Below the pieces are notes generated by a model, which had not been told where the DNA came from, did not search any database, and was given only the letters and a program-made list of their open reading frames with translations. Shown here one piece after another: positions 27,221 to 37,738 of a stretch of DNA of 42,934 nt; positions within the stretch are counted from its first letter, which is position 1, and each line of letters begins with the position of its first letter. Source of the DNA: an uncultured Candidatus Pelagibacter sp. Lineage in GTDB: Bacteria > Pseudomonadota > Alphaproteobacteria > Pelagibacterales > Pelagibacteraceae. The DNA lies in the NCBI GenBank assembly GCA_943841085.1, contig CALSWN010000028.1:1-42934 (forward strand), written 5' to 3'. Both the position numbers and the translations under genes were made by a program.

Positions 27221-27849
27221 TGTTTGATAAAAATAAATTACAAGAATTAAACTTTCAAAACTTAATATCTGTCTCACCTCTACTTAAGAACATTGAATAC
27301 TTTATTTTCTATGGCACTCTACTTGGAATAATAAGAGAAAATAATATTATTAAAGGCGATGATGATATTGACTTCTTAGTTAATCATAAGTTTAAAAAAA
27401 CATTATTGAGAAGAATGAAATTAGATAAATCGTTTAAGGTGAATAAAAAAGTTTGTAATGAATATTTTGTACAATTTATAAAAAAATATAAAGGATTACG
27501 GACTTTTGTTGATTTTTATTTTTATGTAAACAATCCAAAAAAAAATTTTATAATAGATAAACATAACTGGATAGGTAATATAAATGACAAAAGATTCGCA
27601 CTGCATTTCCCAAAAAAATTTATATTTCCAATTAAAAAAGGTAAAAAATTTAATATGCCAAAAAATCCAAAAGCTGCTTGTAAATATATATATGGTGAGA
27701 CTTGGTCAAAGCCATTAAAGAAAAATACTAACTATAGACCTGAAATTATAAAAAATAAGCCAGTACTAATAAGAAGAAGTTATTTAGGTTCACTTACCAG
27801 AGAGGTAAAAGAAATATTTAACATTAGTAGATTCAAAAAAGTTATTTAA
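27220..27849 (+). CDS. LicD-family nucleotidyltransferase-fold phosphotransferase
   Basis: GTLLG.IRE..II.GDDDIDF and YG..W..P motifs. Confidence 0.85.
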   Translation: MFDKNKLQELNFQNLISVSPLLKNIEYFIFYGTLLGIIRENNIIKGDDDIDFLVNHKFKKTLLRRMKLDKSFKVNKKVCNEYFVQFIKKYKGLRTFVDFYFYVNNPKKNFIIDKHNWIGNINDKRFALHFPKKFIFPIKKGKKFNMPKNPKAACKYIYGETWSKPLKKNTNYRPEIIKNKPVLIRRSYLGSLTREVKEIFNISRFKKVI

Positions 27850-28175
27850 TTTATCGTACCATCAAAATCTTGATCTATATTAATGAGTACTTTTTCAGTA
27901 GGTTTTGTACCCATATAACGGCAATTTTCTTTATTTAAATTATTAATCTCCACAAATTTAATACATTTTTTTTTGACATTTTGTCTTGCTTGGTTTTCAT
28001 TGTTTGAAAATTCATAAAATTTTTTTATAATTTTTTTTTTATTATCTTCAGAATATAGGTTTGTTTGACCTTTAAAGTAAAAATTTAATTCATTGTCTAT
28101 AATTTGGCTTTTTTTTATATCTGTACATGAATTCACTATTAAGAAAATAATTGAAATAAAAAATTTTTTAATCAT
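27846..28175 (-). CDS. Hypothetical lipoprotein
   Basis: MIKK followed by a hydrophobic stretch ending in a lipobox-like VNSC. Confidence 0.6.
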   Translation of the reverse strand: MIKKFFISIIFLIVNSCTDIKKSQIIDNELNFYFKGQTNLYSEDNKKKIIKKFYEFSNNENQARQNVKKKCIKFVEINNLNKENCRYMGTKPTEKVLINIDQDFDGTIN

Positions 28176-29160
28176 GGGAGTTCACAATTTTTTCTCTCCA
28201 TATGTCAAGAATTTTCATTATTTGTACTGACTCATTAATATCAACATAATTTTTTTGATCTTTTATATTTCCTAAAAATAGATCTGATACGTTTTTAATT
28301 TGTGTTGAATAGTGACTTTTATTGGATGTAATAAATTTTTTATAATAAGAGTTCTTATTTTTAATTTCTATGTAGGTTTTTTGCGCAGGTAACCACGGTG
28401 CGGGAATATTTACAGAACCTTTTGTTCCAAAAATTTTACAAGAATTTATTAAATTTTCTTTTAAACTAACTTTACAATATCCTTCTATATTTTTACCTAT
28501 CAATAAATGCGCTTCGGATTGATCATCAACACCTGTAGATGAAAAAGTTCCATTGGACTTTATGAGTTTTAATTGTTCGTCCTTTTTACAAAAAAGATTA
28601 AAAAAACTGATAGGATAACAGCCTACATCTAGTATGGCCCCTCCGCCTAGATTTTTGTTAAATAATCTTGAATCTTTTTTTACGTGATTTACCTTAAAAC
28701 CAAAAAAAGCTTCAATTCTTAAAATATCTCCAATCTCATCTGAATTAATCAATTCAATTATTTTTTTGGTTTGTATGTGTGAACGATATGCTATTGCTTC
28801 AAAAAACATAATATTTTTTTCTTTAATTGCTTTTAAAGCTAAATTTGCCTGATCTAAATTTAAACCAATGGGTTTTTCACATAAGATTTTTTTATTATGT
28901 TTTGCACATTCTAAAATCAAATCTACATGTGTGTTATTTAATGTTGCAATATAAATAGCATTAATATCCTCTGACTTTATAAGATCATTATAATCATTAA
29001 ATTTATTTTCTTTTTTTATTTTAAATTTACTTTGAAACTCATCTAACTTATGTTTTGATTTGCTTGCTATACTTATTAGTTTTGAATTTTCTACATCATT
29101 TATAGCATGAGCAAATACATTTGCCATTTTTCCCAATCCAACTATTCCCCATTTGATCAT
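28168..29160 (-). CDS. Gfo/Idh/MocA-family oxidoreductase
   Basis: WGIVGLG.MA, IYIAT....H, LCEKP and GGGAILDVGCYP motifs. Confidence 0.92.
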   Translation of the reverse strand: MIKWGIVGLGKMANVFAHAINDVENSKLISIASKSKHKLDEFQSKFKIKKENKFNDYNDLIKSEDINAIYIATLNNTHVDLILECAKHNKKILCEKPIGLNLDQANLALKAIKEKNIMFFEAIAYRSHIQTKKIIELINSDEIGDILRIEAFFGFKVNHVKKDSRLFNKNLGGGAILDVGCYPISFFNLFCKKDEQLKLIKSNGTFSSTGVDDQSEAHLLIGKNIEGYCKVSLKENLINSCKIFGTKGSVNIPAPWLPAQKTYIEIKNKNSYYKKFITSNKSHYSTQIKNVSDLFLGNIKDQKNYVDINESVQIMKILDIWREKIVNSHD

Positions 29161-29167
29161 ATATAAT

Positions 29168-30052
29168 TTATTTAAACCATTTTTTATAATTATCTAAATT
29201 TTGTACCAAATAATTTGGTAATAAATAATTATCTATTTTTTTAAGTTTATAATCATTTTGCCATTTATTTATTGATGTCTTGTCAGCAAAATGATCATAA
29301 AAAACTATTCCATTATCAATATTTTTTCTTAAATCTTCAATTGTCAATTTGCTATCATCGAATTCGTCATGATGACCAAAGTTTTTCATTTTAATGTATA
29401 GATCTTCTGGTGTTTTAATATTTGTAAAGTGCCATCCACCCTCATTTATAATTTCAACACTAGTTTCTTTTATATCTGACAAATATGTATCTAATCTCCA
29501 AAATGGATATTTCTTATTTTTAAGATTTCTTAAATTTGAAAAAGATTTTAAATATTTTTTTTTGCATGCCTTTGATCCAAACCATGGCAACAGATCATGA
29601 TATAAATTAAACTTATAATAAAATAACAATTGTTTAAATATAATAAAATTTTTTTTGCTATTTTTAAATTTAAATGACTCTAAATTTGGTATTTCATCAT
29701 TATCACTAATGATAATTAAATCTTCATCTTTAGCATCTGAAATGCCTCTCATCATATAATCGTAAGACTGTTCGATTCTTTTTATGCTATTCAATCTTTT
29801 TTTATAAGGGCTTATCAACCCATCACTGTCCTTAAATATACTAATTGGCTCTTCATTTATCTTTAAATAGATTATTTTATCTTTGAATTTTGGATAGTCG
29901 TTAATTTCAAAATTAAATTTTTTTTTTTTACCACTGTGTGAAAAAGAAGACTCTACTACAATAAATTTATGAACATTTTCATTGAGAATATTAAATCTTA
30001 AATCCAACATCATTTTTTCAGAATAAAATGTTGTACAGTCGTAGATTTTCAT
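29168..30052 (-). CDS. GT17-family (MGAT3/GnT-III-like) glycosyltransferase
   Basis: KIYDC..F..E...L..R, F.VVES...HSG..K, ISDNDEIP, FYY and GGWHF motifs. Confidence 0.8.
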   Translation of the reverse strand: MKIYDCTTFYSEKMMLDLRFNILNENVHKFIVVESSFSHSGKKKKFNFEINDYPKFKDKIIYLKINEEPISIFKDSDGLISPYKKRLNSIKRIEQSYDYMMRGISDAKDEDLIIISDNDEIPNLESFKFKNSKKNFIIFKQLLFYYKFNLYHDLLPWFGSKACKKKYLKSFSNLRNLKNKKYPFWRLDTYLSDIKETSVEIINEGGWHFTNIKTPEDLYIKMKNFGHHDEFDDSKLTIEDLRKNIDNGIVFYDHFADKTSINKWQNDYKLKKIDNYLLPNYLVQNLDNYKKWFK

Positions 30053-30136
30053 TATTTATAAACTATATCATTTAATTGAATCAAAAACTTTTTATTGGAT
30101 TTATTATTTTAAATAAATTCTGTTGAATATACTGGT

Positions 30137-32518
30137 TTATTGAATGCTAGCTTGAGATTTTTCATCTGATTTAGAAATTTTATCCACCTCAACCCATTCA
30201 ACTCTTTTAAGTTCTTTTGTTAGTGCTATTTTTAATACTTCATCTGCATGTTCAACAGGAGTGATTTTAATATCGTCTATTATTTTTTTAGGCAAATCTA
30301 CTAAATCTTTTTCATTTTCTTTTGGAATTAAGACTTGTTTAATACCTGCTCGATGTGCCGCTAGTAATTTTTCTTTCAATCCACCGATCGGTAAAACTTG
30401 ACCTGTCAATGTAACTTCACCAGTCATAGCGACATCTCTTCTTACTGGATTATTAGTAATTGCGGAAACTATTGAAGTAACCATTCCAATTCCAGCAGAT
30501 GGTCCGTCTTTTGGTGTTGCTCCTTCTGGAACATGAATATGAAAATCTTTTTTTTCAAATAAAGGTGGAATAATTCCATATTCTAAACTTTTAGATCTAA
30601 TGAAAGATTTTGCTGCTTTGATAGACTCTTGCATAACATCACCTAATTTACCTGTAATTTGCATTCTACCTTTTCCAGACATAATGACAGTTTCTATTTT
30701 TAAAATTTCTCCTCCATACTCAGTCCAAGCTAAACCAGTAACAACTCCAATTTTGTCTTTATTTTCTAATTCTCCAAACTTGAATTTTTTAACACCTAGA
30801 TAATCATGTAAATTTTCTAAACTAACATTAACTTCTTTTTCTTCACCAGACACAACTTTTTTAACTACTTTTCTTGCAACTTTCGAAATTTCTCTTTCTA
30901 AATTTCTTACACCAGATTCTTTTGTATAACTCCTAATAATTTCTTTAATAATACCTTCTGATAAATTCATTTCTTTTTCTTTAACGCCATTGTCTTTTAT
31001 TTGTTTAGGGAGAAGGTATCTATCCGCAATACTAATTTTTTCATCCTCTGTGTAACCTGCTAATCTGATTACTTCCATTCTATCTAATAAAGGAGGTAAT
31101 ATATTTAATGTATTGGCTGTGGTTACAAACATTACATCTGATAAATCATAATCAACTTCTAAATAATGATCATTAAATGTTGAGTTTTGCTCAGGATCTA
31201 AAGCTTCCAATAATGCTGAAGATGGATCTCCTCTATAATCATTTCCAATCTTATCTATTTCGTCTAGTAGAATTAAGGGATTTTTAGTTCCTGCTTTTTT
31301 CATCATTTGAATAATTTTACCCGGTAATGAACCAATGTAAGTTCTTCTGTGACCTCTAATTTCTGCTTCATCACGCATTCCACCAACTGAAACTCTCACA
31401 AATTCTCTATTTGTAGCTTTTGCAATTGATTTACCCAATGATGTTTTGCCAACGCCTGGAGGACCAACCAAACACAAAATTGGGCCTTTAATTTTATCCA
31501 TTCTTTTTTGAACAGCTAAAAACTCAATAATTCTCTCTTTAACTTTCACTAAGCCAAAATGATCTGCATCTAATACTGAAAGTGCTTTTTTTAGATCTAT
31601 ATCAACTTCACTTTTTTTGAACCAAGGCAGGTCAATCATCCAATCAAGATAATTTCTAATAACAGTTGCTTCAGCCGACATTGGACTCATATTTTTTAAT
31701 TTTTTAAGCTCTGACATGCATTTTTTTTCTACATCTTTAGGCATTTTAGCTTTTATAATTGACTTATTTAGACTGGAAGTTTCATCTTTTCCATCTTCAA
31801 TTTCACCCAATTCTTTTTGAATAGCTTTTAACTGTTCATTTAAATAATACTCTCTTTGAGTTTTTTCCATTTGAGTTTTAACTCTACCTCTAATTTTTTT
31901 TTCTACTCCAATAATACTAGTTTCATTTTCCATTATTTTTATTATTGAATTTAGTCTTTTCTTAACATCGACTGTTTCAAAAATTTGTTGTTTTTCAGAA
32001 ATTGTTGCGTTTAGATGAGAGGCAATATTATCCGCTATATGTGAAGCATCAGTTAATTTTTTTATATTATTAATTGTTTCACTTGAAATCTTTTTATTTA
32101 TTGATGTTAATTTTTCTAATCTCCTTACAGCGGTCATTGCTAAAGGAATTAAATCTTCATCTTTTGCGATTACATCATTATGATGAGCATACTCACAGAC
32201 AATAAATTTATCATTATCTTTAAAATTTAAAATTTTTACTCTTTTGCTACCTTCAACTAAAACTTTTACAGTGCCATCAGGTAATTTTAACAATTGAAGA
32301 ATGTTTCCTTCACAACCATACATAAAAATATCTGTTTTTTTAGGATCATCTATTTCTGAATTCTTTTGTGTTACAAAAACAATTTTTTTATCTTTTTTCA
32401 TTACTTCATTCAAAGCTGAAATAGATTTATCTCTTCCTACAAATAGTGGAATAACCATGTTAGGGAAAACCACAATATCTCTTAGTGGTAATAAAGGTTT
32501 TTCGATTTTAATATCCAT
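30137..32518 (-). CDS. lon: ATP-dependent Lon protease
   Basis: [34 protein letters not shown] and IGGLKEK motifs. Confidence 0.98.
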   Translation of the reverse strand: MDIKIEKPLLPLRDIVVFPNMVIPLFVGRDKSISALNEVMKKDKKIVFVTQKNSEIDDPKKTDIFMYGCEGNILQLLKLPDGTVKVLVEGSKRVKILNFKDNDKFIVCEYAHHNDVIAKDEDLIPLAMTAVRRLEKLTSINKKISSETINNIKKLTDASHIADNIASHLNATISEKQQIFETVDVKKRLNSIIKIMENETSIIGVEKKIRGRVKTQMEKTQREYYLNEQLKAIQKELGEIEDGKDETSSLNKSIIKAKMPKDVEKKCMSELKKLKNMSPMSAEATVIRNYLDWMIDLPWFKKSEVDIDLKKALSVLDADHFGLVKVKERIIEFLAVQKRMDKIKGPILCLVGPPGVGKTSLGKSIAKATNREFVRVSVGGMRDEAEIRGHRRTYIGSLPGKIIQMMKKAGTKNPLILLDEIDKIGNDYRGDPSSALLEALDPEQNSTFNDHYLEVDYDLSDVMFVTTANTLNILPPLLDRMEVIRLAGYTEDEKISIADRYLLPKQIKDNGVKEKEMNLSEGIIKEIIRSYTKESGVRNLEREISKVARKVVKKVVSGEEKEVNVSLENLHDYLGVKKFKFGELENKDKIGVVTGLAWTEYGGEILKIETVIMSGKGRMQITGKLGDVMQESIKAAKSFIRSKSLEYGIIPPLFEKKDFHIHVPEGATPKDGPSAGIGMVTSIVSAITNNPVRRDVAMTGEVTLTGQVLPIGGLKEKLLAAHRAGIKQVLIPKENEKDLVDLPKKIIDDIKITPVEHADEVLKIALTKELKRVEWVEVDKISKSDEKSQASIQ

Positions 32519-32581
32519 TCCTTAAATATGGATATTAAATGTAATATTGCAATAGCTATTTATCAGTTATTAACGACTAAA

Positions 32582-33850
32582 TTACGCTGCTGAAGTTTTG
32601 TCTGTCTTTGTTTTGTTATTATTTTTTGAATGAACTACAATAGGTTGAGATAGTCCTTTGGCCGCACCTGCATCAATAATTACTTCTTCAACATTATCTT
32701 GGCTTGGAAGGTCATACATTGTTTTTAACAAAATATTTTCTAAAATAGATCTAAGTCCCCTCGCTCCAGTTTTTTTACTTATAGCTTTTTGAGCTATCTC
32801 CTTAACTGCATTATCTTTAAAGCTCAACTTTGCTCCATCTAATTTAAATAATTCTTGATATTGTTTTATTAAAGAATTTTTTGGCTCTTGTAATATTTTA
32901 ATTAGAGATTTTTCATTTAGATCTTCCAAAGTTGCTATCATTGGTAATCTACCAATAAATTCTGGTATTAAACCATATTTTAATAGGTCTTCTGGTTCCA
33001 AACTCTTCATCCATTCACCTGTTTTTTTATCTTCAGTTTTTTTCACATTTGCGCCAAATCCAATGGATGTACCTTTGTCTCTTTGAGAAATTATTTTTTC
33101 TAATCCAGCAAATGCTCCACCACAAATAAATAAAATGTTTGTAGTATCTACTTGTAAAAATTCTTGTTGTGGGTGTTTTCTTCCTCCTTGAGGTGGAACA
33201 CTTGCAACAGTTCCTTCCATAATTTTTAATAAAGCTTGCTGTACGCCTTCGCCTGAAACGTCCCTAGTAATAGATGGGTTTTCTGATTTTCTACTAATCT
33301 TGTCAACTTCGTCAATATATACAATTCCTCTTTGGGCTTTTTCAACATTATAATCTGCTGCTTGTAATAATTTTAAGATAATGTTTTCTACATCTTCACC
33401 TACGTACCCTGCTTCAGTCAGAGTGGTAGCATCAGCCATTGTAAATGGCACATCTAGAATTCTTGCTAGTGTTTGCGCTAATAAAGTTTTTCCACAACCT
33501 GTTGGTCCAACTAAGAGAATGTTAGATTTAGAAAGTTCAACCGTTTTACTTGTTTTGTTTTCATAGTTTAATCTTTTGTAATGATTGTGAACAGCAACTG
33601 ATAACACTTTTTTTGCATGAGGTTGGCCTATAACATAATCATCTAATACATTACAAATTTCTTTTGGAGATGGTAGTCCATCTTGATGTTTTACGAAGCT
33701 GTCTTTGTTTTCTTCCTTTATAATGTCCATACAAAGCTCAACACACTCATCACAGATAAAAACAGTTGGTCCTGCAATTAACTTTCTAACTTCGTGTTGG
33801 CTTTTTCCACAAAAAGAACAGTATAAAATATTTTTATTATTTGTTGTCAT
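32582..33850 (-). CDS. clpX: ClpX ATPase subunit
   Basis: CSFCGK zinc finger, [18 protein letters not shown] and IGF loop. Confidence 0.98.
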   Translation of the reverse strand: MTTNNKNILYCSFCGKSQHEVRKLIAGPTVFICDECVELCMDIIKEENKDSFVKHQDGLPSPKEICNVLDDYVIGQPHAKKVLSVAVHNHYKRLNYENKTSKTVELSKSNILLVGPTGCGKTLLAQTLARILDVPFTMADATTLTEAGYVGEDVENIILKLLQAADYNVEKAQRGIVYIDEVDKISRKSENPSITRDVSGEGVQQALLKIMEGTVASVPPQGGRKHPQQEFLQVDTTNILFICGGAFAGLEKIISQRDKGTSIGFGANVKKTEDKKTGEWMKSLEPEDLLKYGLIPEFIGRLPMIATLEDLNEKSLIKILQEPKNSLIKQYQELFKLDGAKLSFKDNAVKEIAQKAISKKTGARGLRSILENILLKTMYDLPSQDNVEEVIIDAGAAKGLSQPIVVHSKNNNKTKTDKTSAA

Positions 33851-33941
33851 AAATTTGTAAACGAATCAATTTGGATATCTTAATATATATAACTAATAAC
33901 AATCAAGTCTAGGTTTAGCAATTCTCTAAAAATATTGTGTG

Positions 33942-34553
33942 TTAAGATCTATTTTCCACTACTTCATCAACTAAACCAAACTCTTTAGCAGATTCAGCGG
34001 TCATAAAGTTATCGCGTTCAAGAGCTTTTTTAATATCATCTACTGATTTATTTGTGTGTTTTGAATAAATTTCATTTAATCTTTTTTTTAGTGCCAAAAC
34101 TTCATTAGCATGAATTTCAATATCAGTTGCTTGACCTTGGAAGCCTGCTGAAGGTTGATGAACCATTATTCTGGAATTAGGTAATGAAAATCTTTTACCC
34201 TTTTTACCAGCAGCCAATAAAAATGACCCCATTGAGGCTGCTTGACCAATACATAAAGTCGAAACATCAGGTTTGATATATTGCATAGTATCGTAAATAC
34301 CAAGACCTGCTGTGACTAATCCTCCAGGACTATTTATATATAAATTAATTTCTTTTTTTGGATCTTCAGACTCTAAAAATAAAAGTTGCGCAGTAACTAA
34401 AGATGCTACATTGTCATTTATAGGACCAACTAAAAAAATTATTCGTTCTTTTAAAAGCCTTGAATAGATATCATAGGCTCTTTCTCCTTTGTTCGATTGT
34501 TCCACTACCATTGGAACTAATGTGTTCATTTGATCAGAAAAATTATTTATCAT
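33942..34553 (-). CDS. clpP: ClpP protease subunit
   Basis: [29 protein letters not shown] and MVHQP motifs. Confidence 0.98.
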   Translation of the reverse strand: MINNFSDQMNTLVPMVVEQSNKGERAYDIYSRLLKERIIFLVGPINDNVASLVTAQLLFLESEDPKKEINLYINSPGGLVTAGLGIYDTMQYIKPDVSTLCIGQAASMGSFLLAAGKKGKRFSLPNSRIMVHQPSAGFQGQATDIEIHANEVLALKKRLNEIYSKHTNKSVDDIKKALERDNFMTAESAKEFGLVDEVVENRS

Positions 34554-34585
34554 AAGTTGATTCTCTTAACTTATATAACTTGTGA

Positions 34586-36007
34586 TTACTTTTTGCTAAC
34601 TTTTTTTACTTTTGTGGTTTTTTGTGGTTGTTTTTTAGCTTTTACATTAGTTTTGGCTTCTAAGACTTTTGTTTTAGCTTTTGGGGTGGAAGCTTTTTTT
34701 TCTTTCGTATGCTCATGATTATGTGCATCTTTTAAAATTTTTTCAGCTTCTTCTTTATTAATTTCTTTTTTAATAGGTTTTGCTTTTGATTTAATTACTT
34801 TTATAATTTTTTCCTCATAAACAGTTCCTTTAAGACTTGCTAAAGCAGATGGATTTTTTTGATAAAAATCCATTACCATTTTTTCTTGTCCCGGCATCAT
34901 TCTTAATTGTTTTTGAACTTCTGCTTGAATCTCTTGCTCTGATACATTAACTTTATTTTGCTCACCAAACTCATTTAAAATTAATCCAACTTTAATTCTC
35001 TTTTTAGCAGTTTCTTCAAAACTTTTTTTATTTTTTTTAGCTTCCTCTTCACTCATTCCTTGTGATAAAATTTTTACTTCTTCTTCAATTAAATTTTCTG
35101 GTATTTCACTTACTTTAAATTTTTCTATTTCTTTAAGAATTTGGTTTTTTGTCAAGCTATCTAGCGAATTTTTAAATTCATCATTAATTTGTTTAGATAT
35201 TAATACTTTCAAATCAACAAGATCTTTTGCTCCTAAGTTTTTTGCAAACTCATCATTAATTTTTACTTCTTCATTTTTTTTAACAGATATTATTTTACAA
35301 TTAAATTCTGCATCTTTATTCGCAAATTCTTTATGTGGATAATTTTCAGGTAGTTTAGCTTGTACAATTTTTTCTTCATTTTTTTTTACACCAATTAATT
35401 TTTTATCAAAACCTTTGATAAACAAATCTTTACCTAAAATTAATTGAGTATTTTTACCTTCTCCACCTGTAAAATCTTTTTCATCAATGGTCGCCTTGTA
35501 ATCAAAAATTACCAAGTTTCCATCAATAGCTTTAGTGTCGTCTGCTACATCTTTGAAATTATTTTGGTTTTTTGCAATTTCTTTAATTCTTTTATCAATT
35601 TCTTTTTCATCAATTTTAACAGAGTAATCATTATATTTAATATCTTCTACTGATTTAAGTTCAACTTTTGGTAGTTCAGTTACTGACATTATATATTCAA
35701 GATCTTTATCTTCACCATATGATTTAAGATCTAATTTTGGTTGTCCAGCAGGTTTTATTTTATTGTCTGTTAAAGCCTTTGTTGATGAGTCTTTCAAAAC
35801 CTTATCTAAAACTTCACTAAAAATTGCTTTACCAAATTGTCTTTTTAAAATTTCTTTTGGAACTTTTCCTGGTCTAAAACCTTTTAAATTTACAGTTCCT
35901 TTAATTTCCTCATATTTTTCATCCATATGGGTATTAATAGTTTTCTTATCTATGAAAACTTTAATGTCTTTATTTAAGCCTTTTTTATTTTCTATTGTTA
36001 CTTTCAT
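34586..36007 (-). CDS. tig: Trigger factor with a basic C-terminal tail
   Basis: GFRPGKVP ribosome-binding motif; FKBP-like domain; upstream of clpP and clpX. Confidence 0.95.
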   Translation of the reverse strand: MKVTIENKKGLNKDIKVFIDKKTINTHMDEKYEEIKGTVNLKGFRPGKVPKEILKRQFGKAIFSEVLDKVLKDSSTKALTDNKIKPAGQPKLDLKSYGEDKDLEYIMSVTELPKVELKSVEDIKYNDYSVKIDEKEIDKRIKEIAKNQNNFKDVADDTKAIDGNLVIFDYKATIDEKDFTGGEGKNTQLILGKDLFIKGFDKKLIGVKKNEEKIVQAKLPENYPHKEFANKDAEFNCKIISVKKNEEVKINDEFAKNLGAKDLVDLKVLISKQINDEFKNSLDSLTKNQILKEIEKFKVSEIPENLIEEEVKILSQGMSEEEAKKNKKSFEETAKKRIKVGLILNEFGEQNKVNVSEQEIQAEVQKQLRMMPGQEKMVMDFYQKNPSALASLKGTVYEEKIIKVIKSKAKPIKKEINKEEAEKILKDAHNHEHTKEKKASTPKAKTKVLEAKTNVKAKKQPQKTTKVKKVSKK

Positions 36008-36016
36008 AATATTTTA

Positions 36017-36101
36017 TGGTAGGGCGAAAAGGACTCGAACCTTCACATCCGAAAATATTGGTTCCTAAGACCAACGCGTCTACCAATTCCGCCATCGCCC
36101 C
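36017..36101 (-). tRNA. tRNA-Leu (TAG)
   Basis: Minus strand GGGGCGATGGCGGAATTGGTAGACGCGTTGGTCTTAGGAACCAATATTTTCGGATGTGAAGGTTCGAGTCCTTTTCGCCCTACCA. 85 nt with a long variable arm and encoded CCA. Confidence 0.95.
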
Positions 36102-36201
36102 ACAAATTATGCAGTTTTATATATTATTGAAACTATTTGTCCAATGACAATTGTTGCAAATTATATGAATAATCATTTATAAATATCATATATTTAAAAA
36201 A

Positions 36202-36453
36202 ATGATCATATCTCCATGTATAAGTATTTGTAAAACAGATCCAAAAACTGGCTATTGTTATGGTTGTGGTAGAAATAATGAAGAAAAAAAAATTTGGAAA
36301 TTAGAAGAAACAACTGATGAATGGAAAAATAAAAACCTATTTAATCTCAAAAAAAGACTTACGGGATGGCAATTAGAGAGTTTTAAAGAATCTTATAAAC
36401 ATAAAATTGATAATGGCATTTCACTTTTTAAAAAAAAATTAATTAATGAGTAA
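36202..36453 (+). CDS. DUF1289-like small Cys-rich protein
   Basis: SPCISIC.......C.GC.R...E...W motif. Confidence 0.85.
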   Translation: MIISPCISICKTDPKTGYCYGCGRNNEEKKIWKLEETTDEWKNKNLFNLKKRLTGWQLESFKESYKHKIDNGISLFKKKLINE

Positions 36454-36616
36454 ATCATCTCTTGCTATGTTGATATATGTTTTAGGTTTAATTTTTGGTG
36501 CTCTCGTGCTTGATTTATGGAGTGCAGATACTGGTCCAAAAGCTTTGATAGGTATTGTGTGGACAGCTATTTTTCTAATAGCTCTTTTATGGACTGATAA
36601 ATATGAAAATAGATAA
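36446..36616 (+). CDS. Small two-TM membrane protein (56 aa, not in ORF track)
   Basis: Hand translation MSKSSLAMLIYVLGLIFGALVLDLWSADTGPKALIGIVWTAIFLIALLWTDKYENR; overlaps both neighbouring genes and fills the gap between them. Confidence 0.75.
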   Translation: MSKSSLAMLIYVLGLIFGALVLDLWSADTGPKALIGIVWTAIFLIALLWTDKYENR

Positions 36617-37037
36617 ACTTAAAATAAATTTTTTCCTAGTATTATTTTTTTTCTTAAGTTTAAGCACTCTTGGATATTCGGAAACAATGATTTTGAGTGG
36701 ATGTAAAAATCTCAAAGATAGTTTTTTAAAAAATGAATATATTTTAGATTTAAAAAATTCATTGATGACCAGAAATTATATTTATGATAACAAAACATAT
36801 AAAAAGTATAGAATAACTGATTTAAGTGTAAAAAAAGAAAACACTATTGAAAAATTTATCTATGAAGAAGAAGGTTTAATTTTAACAGATAAAGTTGGCT
36901 ACCCACAATTTTTTACCCAATTAGTTTTTAAAAAAAATAGTCCAATAATTGAAATTAAAACTGTTATCAATAATGAAGAAGGAATTATGAAAATGTCAAC
37001 ATGTAAAAAAGTAGAAGTATTTGAAAAAGAAAGTTAA
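36603..37037 (+). CDS. Hypothetical exported protein
   Basis: N-terminal signal-like hydrophobic stretch; two Cys residues. Confidence 0.7.
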   Translation: MKIDKLKINFFLVLFFFLSLSTLGYSETMILSGCKNLKDSFLKNEYILDLKNSLMTRNYIYDNKTYKKYRITDLSVKKENTIEKFIYEEEGLILTDKVGYPQFFTQLVFKKNSPIIEIKTVINNEEGIMKMSTCKKVEVFEKES

Positions 37038-37171
37038 GATTTTTTATTTTTTTTATTAAGCTTATTTATTAAACTTATTTTTTTTGATGCAAATTTACTG
37101 TTTGTAATGTTGCTTCTATGTTTAGCAAAAGCTTGTTTTTGAGCTTGCTTCATAGCTTTTTTAGACGACAT
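37034..37171 (-). CDS. Small highly basic protein (45 aa, not in ORF track)
   Basis: Hand translation MSSKKAMKQAQKQAFAKHRSNITNSKFASKKISLINKLNKKNKKS; starts 7 nt after the phosphatase stop and fills the gap. Confidence 0.55.
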   Translation of the reverse strand: MSSKKAMKQAQKQAFAKHRSNITNSKFASKKISLINKLNKKNKKS

Positions 37172-37178
37172 AATTTTA

Positions 37179-37736
37179 TTAATATTTTATTTCTATACTG
37201 TTAATCATATTAAAATTTTTATCAGATATTATAATTTCACCTGATGATGAACTATAATCTAAAGTTTCATATATTACTACATAATGAGTAACTAATACTA
37301 AATTTTTACTACCCTTCCATTCTTTTACATATTTTTTTAAATCACTCATCTGTTTATTTTTATTTTTTGCAAATTTTGCACTATAAAATGAATTCAAGAA
37401 ATTTTTTGTCTTAAAACTTTTAAAACTTAATAATGCAGTTTCTTTGCAACGACACCATTCACTTGAAATAACCAAGTCTATTGGAATTTGATTTTCTTGA
37501 AAAAAATCAGAAATTTTTTTTGCCTGCTTTCTACCTTTATCATTTAAATTTCTTTGAGTTGAACAATCATTTATCTTAAAATTATTTGGGTCACCAGTTC
37601 CTGGAGCATATGCGTGTCTTATAAATATTAAATGACCTCCTTTTTTTAGTTCATTTATAATTTCAGCACTTGAATCTGCTTTAATTCCAGTTGTTAAAGA
37701 TATAAATATTATTAATAAAAAATTAACTAGCTTCAT
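37179..37736 (-). CDS. Histidine phosphatase superfamily protein, probably exported
   Basis: FIRHA (RHG-like), SS...RC.ETA and LVTH motifs; N-terminal signal peptide. Confidence 0.88.
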   Translation of the reverse strand: MKLVNFLLIIFISLTTGIKADSSAEIINELKKGGHLIFIRHAYAPGTGDPNNFKINDCSTQRNLNDKGRKQAKKISDFFQENQIPIDLVISSEWCRCKETALLSFKSFKTKNFLNSFYSAKFAKNKNKQMSDLKKYVKEWKGSKNLVLVTHYVVIYETLDYSSSSGEIIISDKNFNMINSIEIKY

Positions 37737-37738
37737 TA

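Noticed and set aside
26289-36101. Prophage or integrative element at either tRNA
   Set aside because: No integrase, phage structural genes or tRNA 3'-end duplication were seen.
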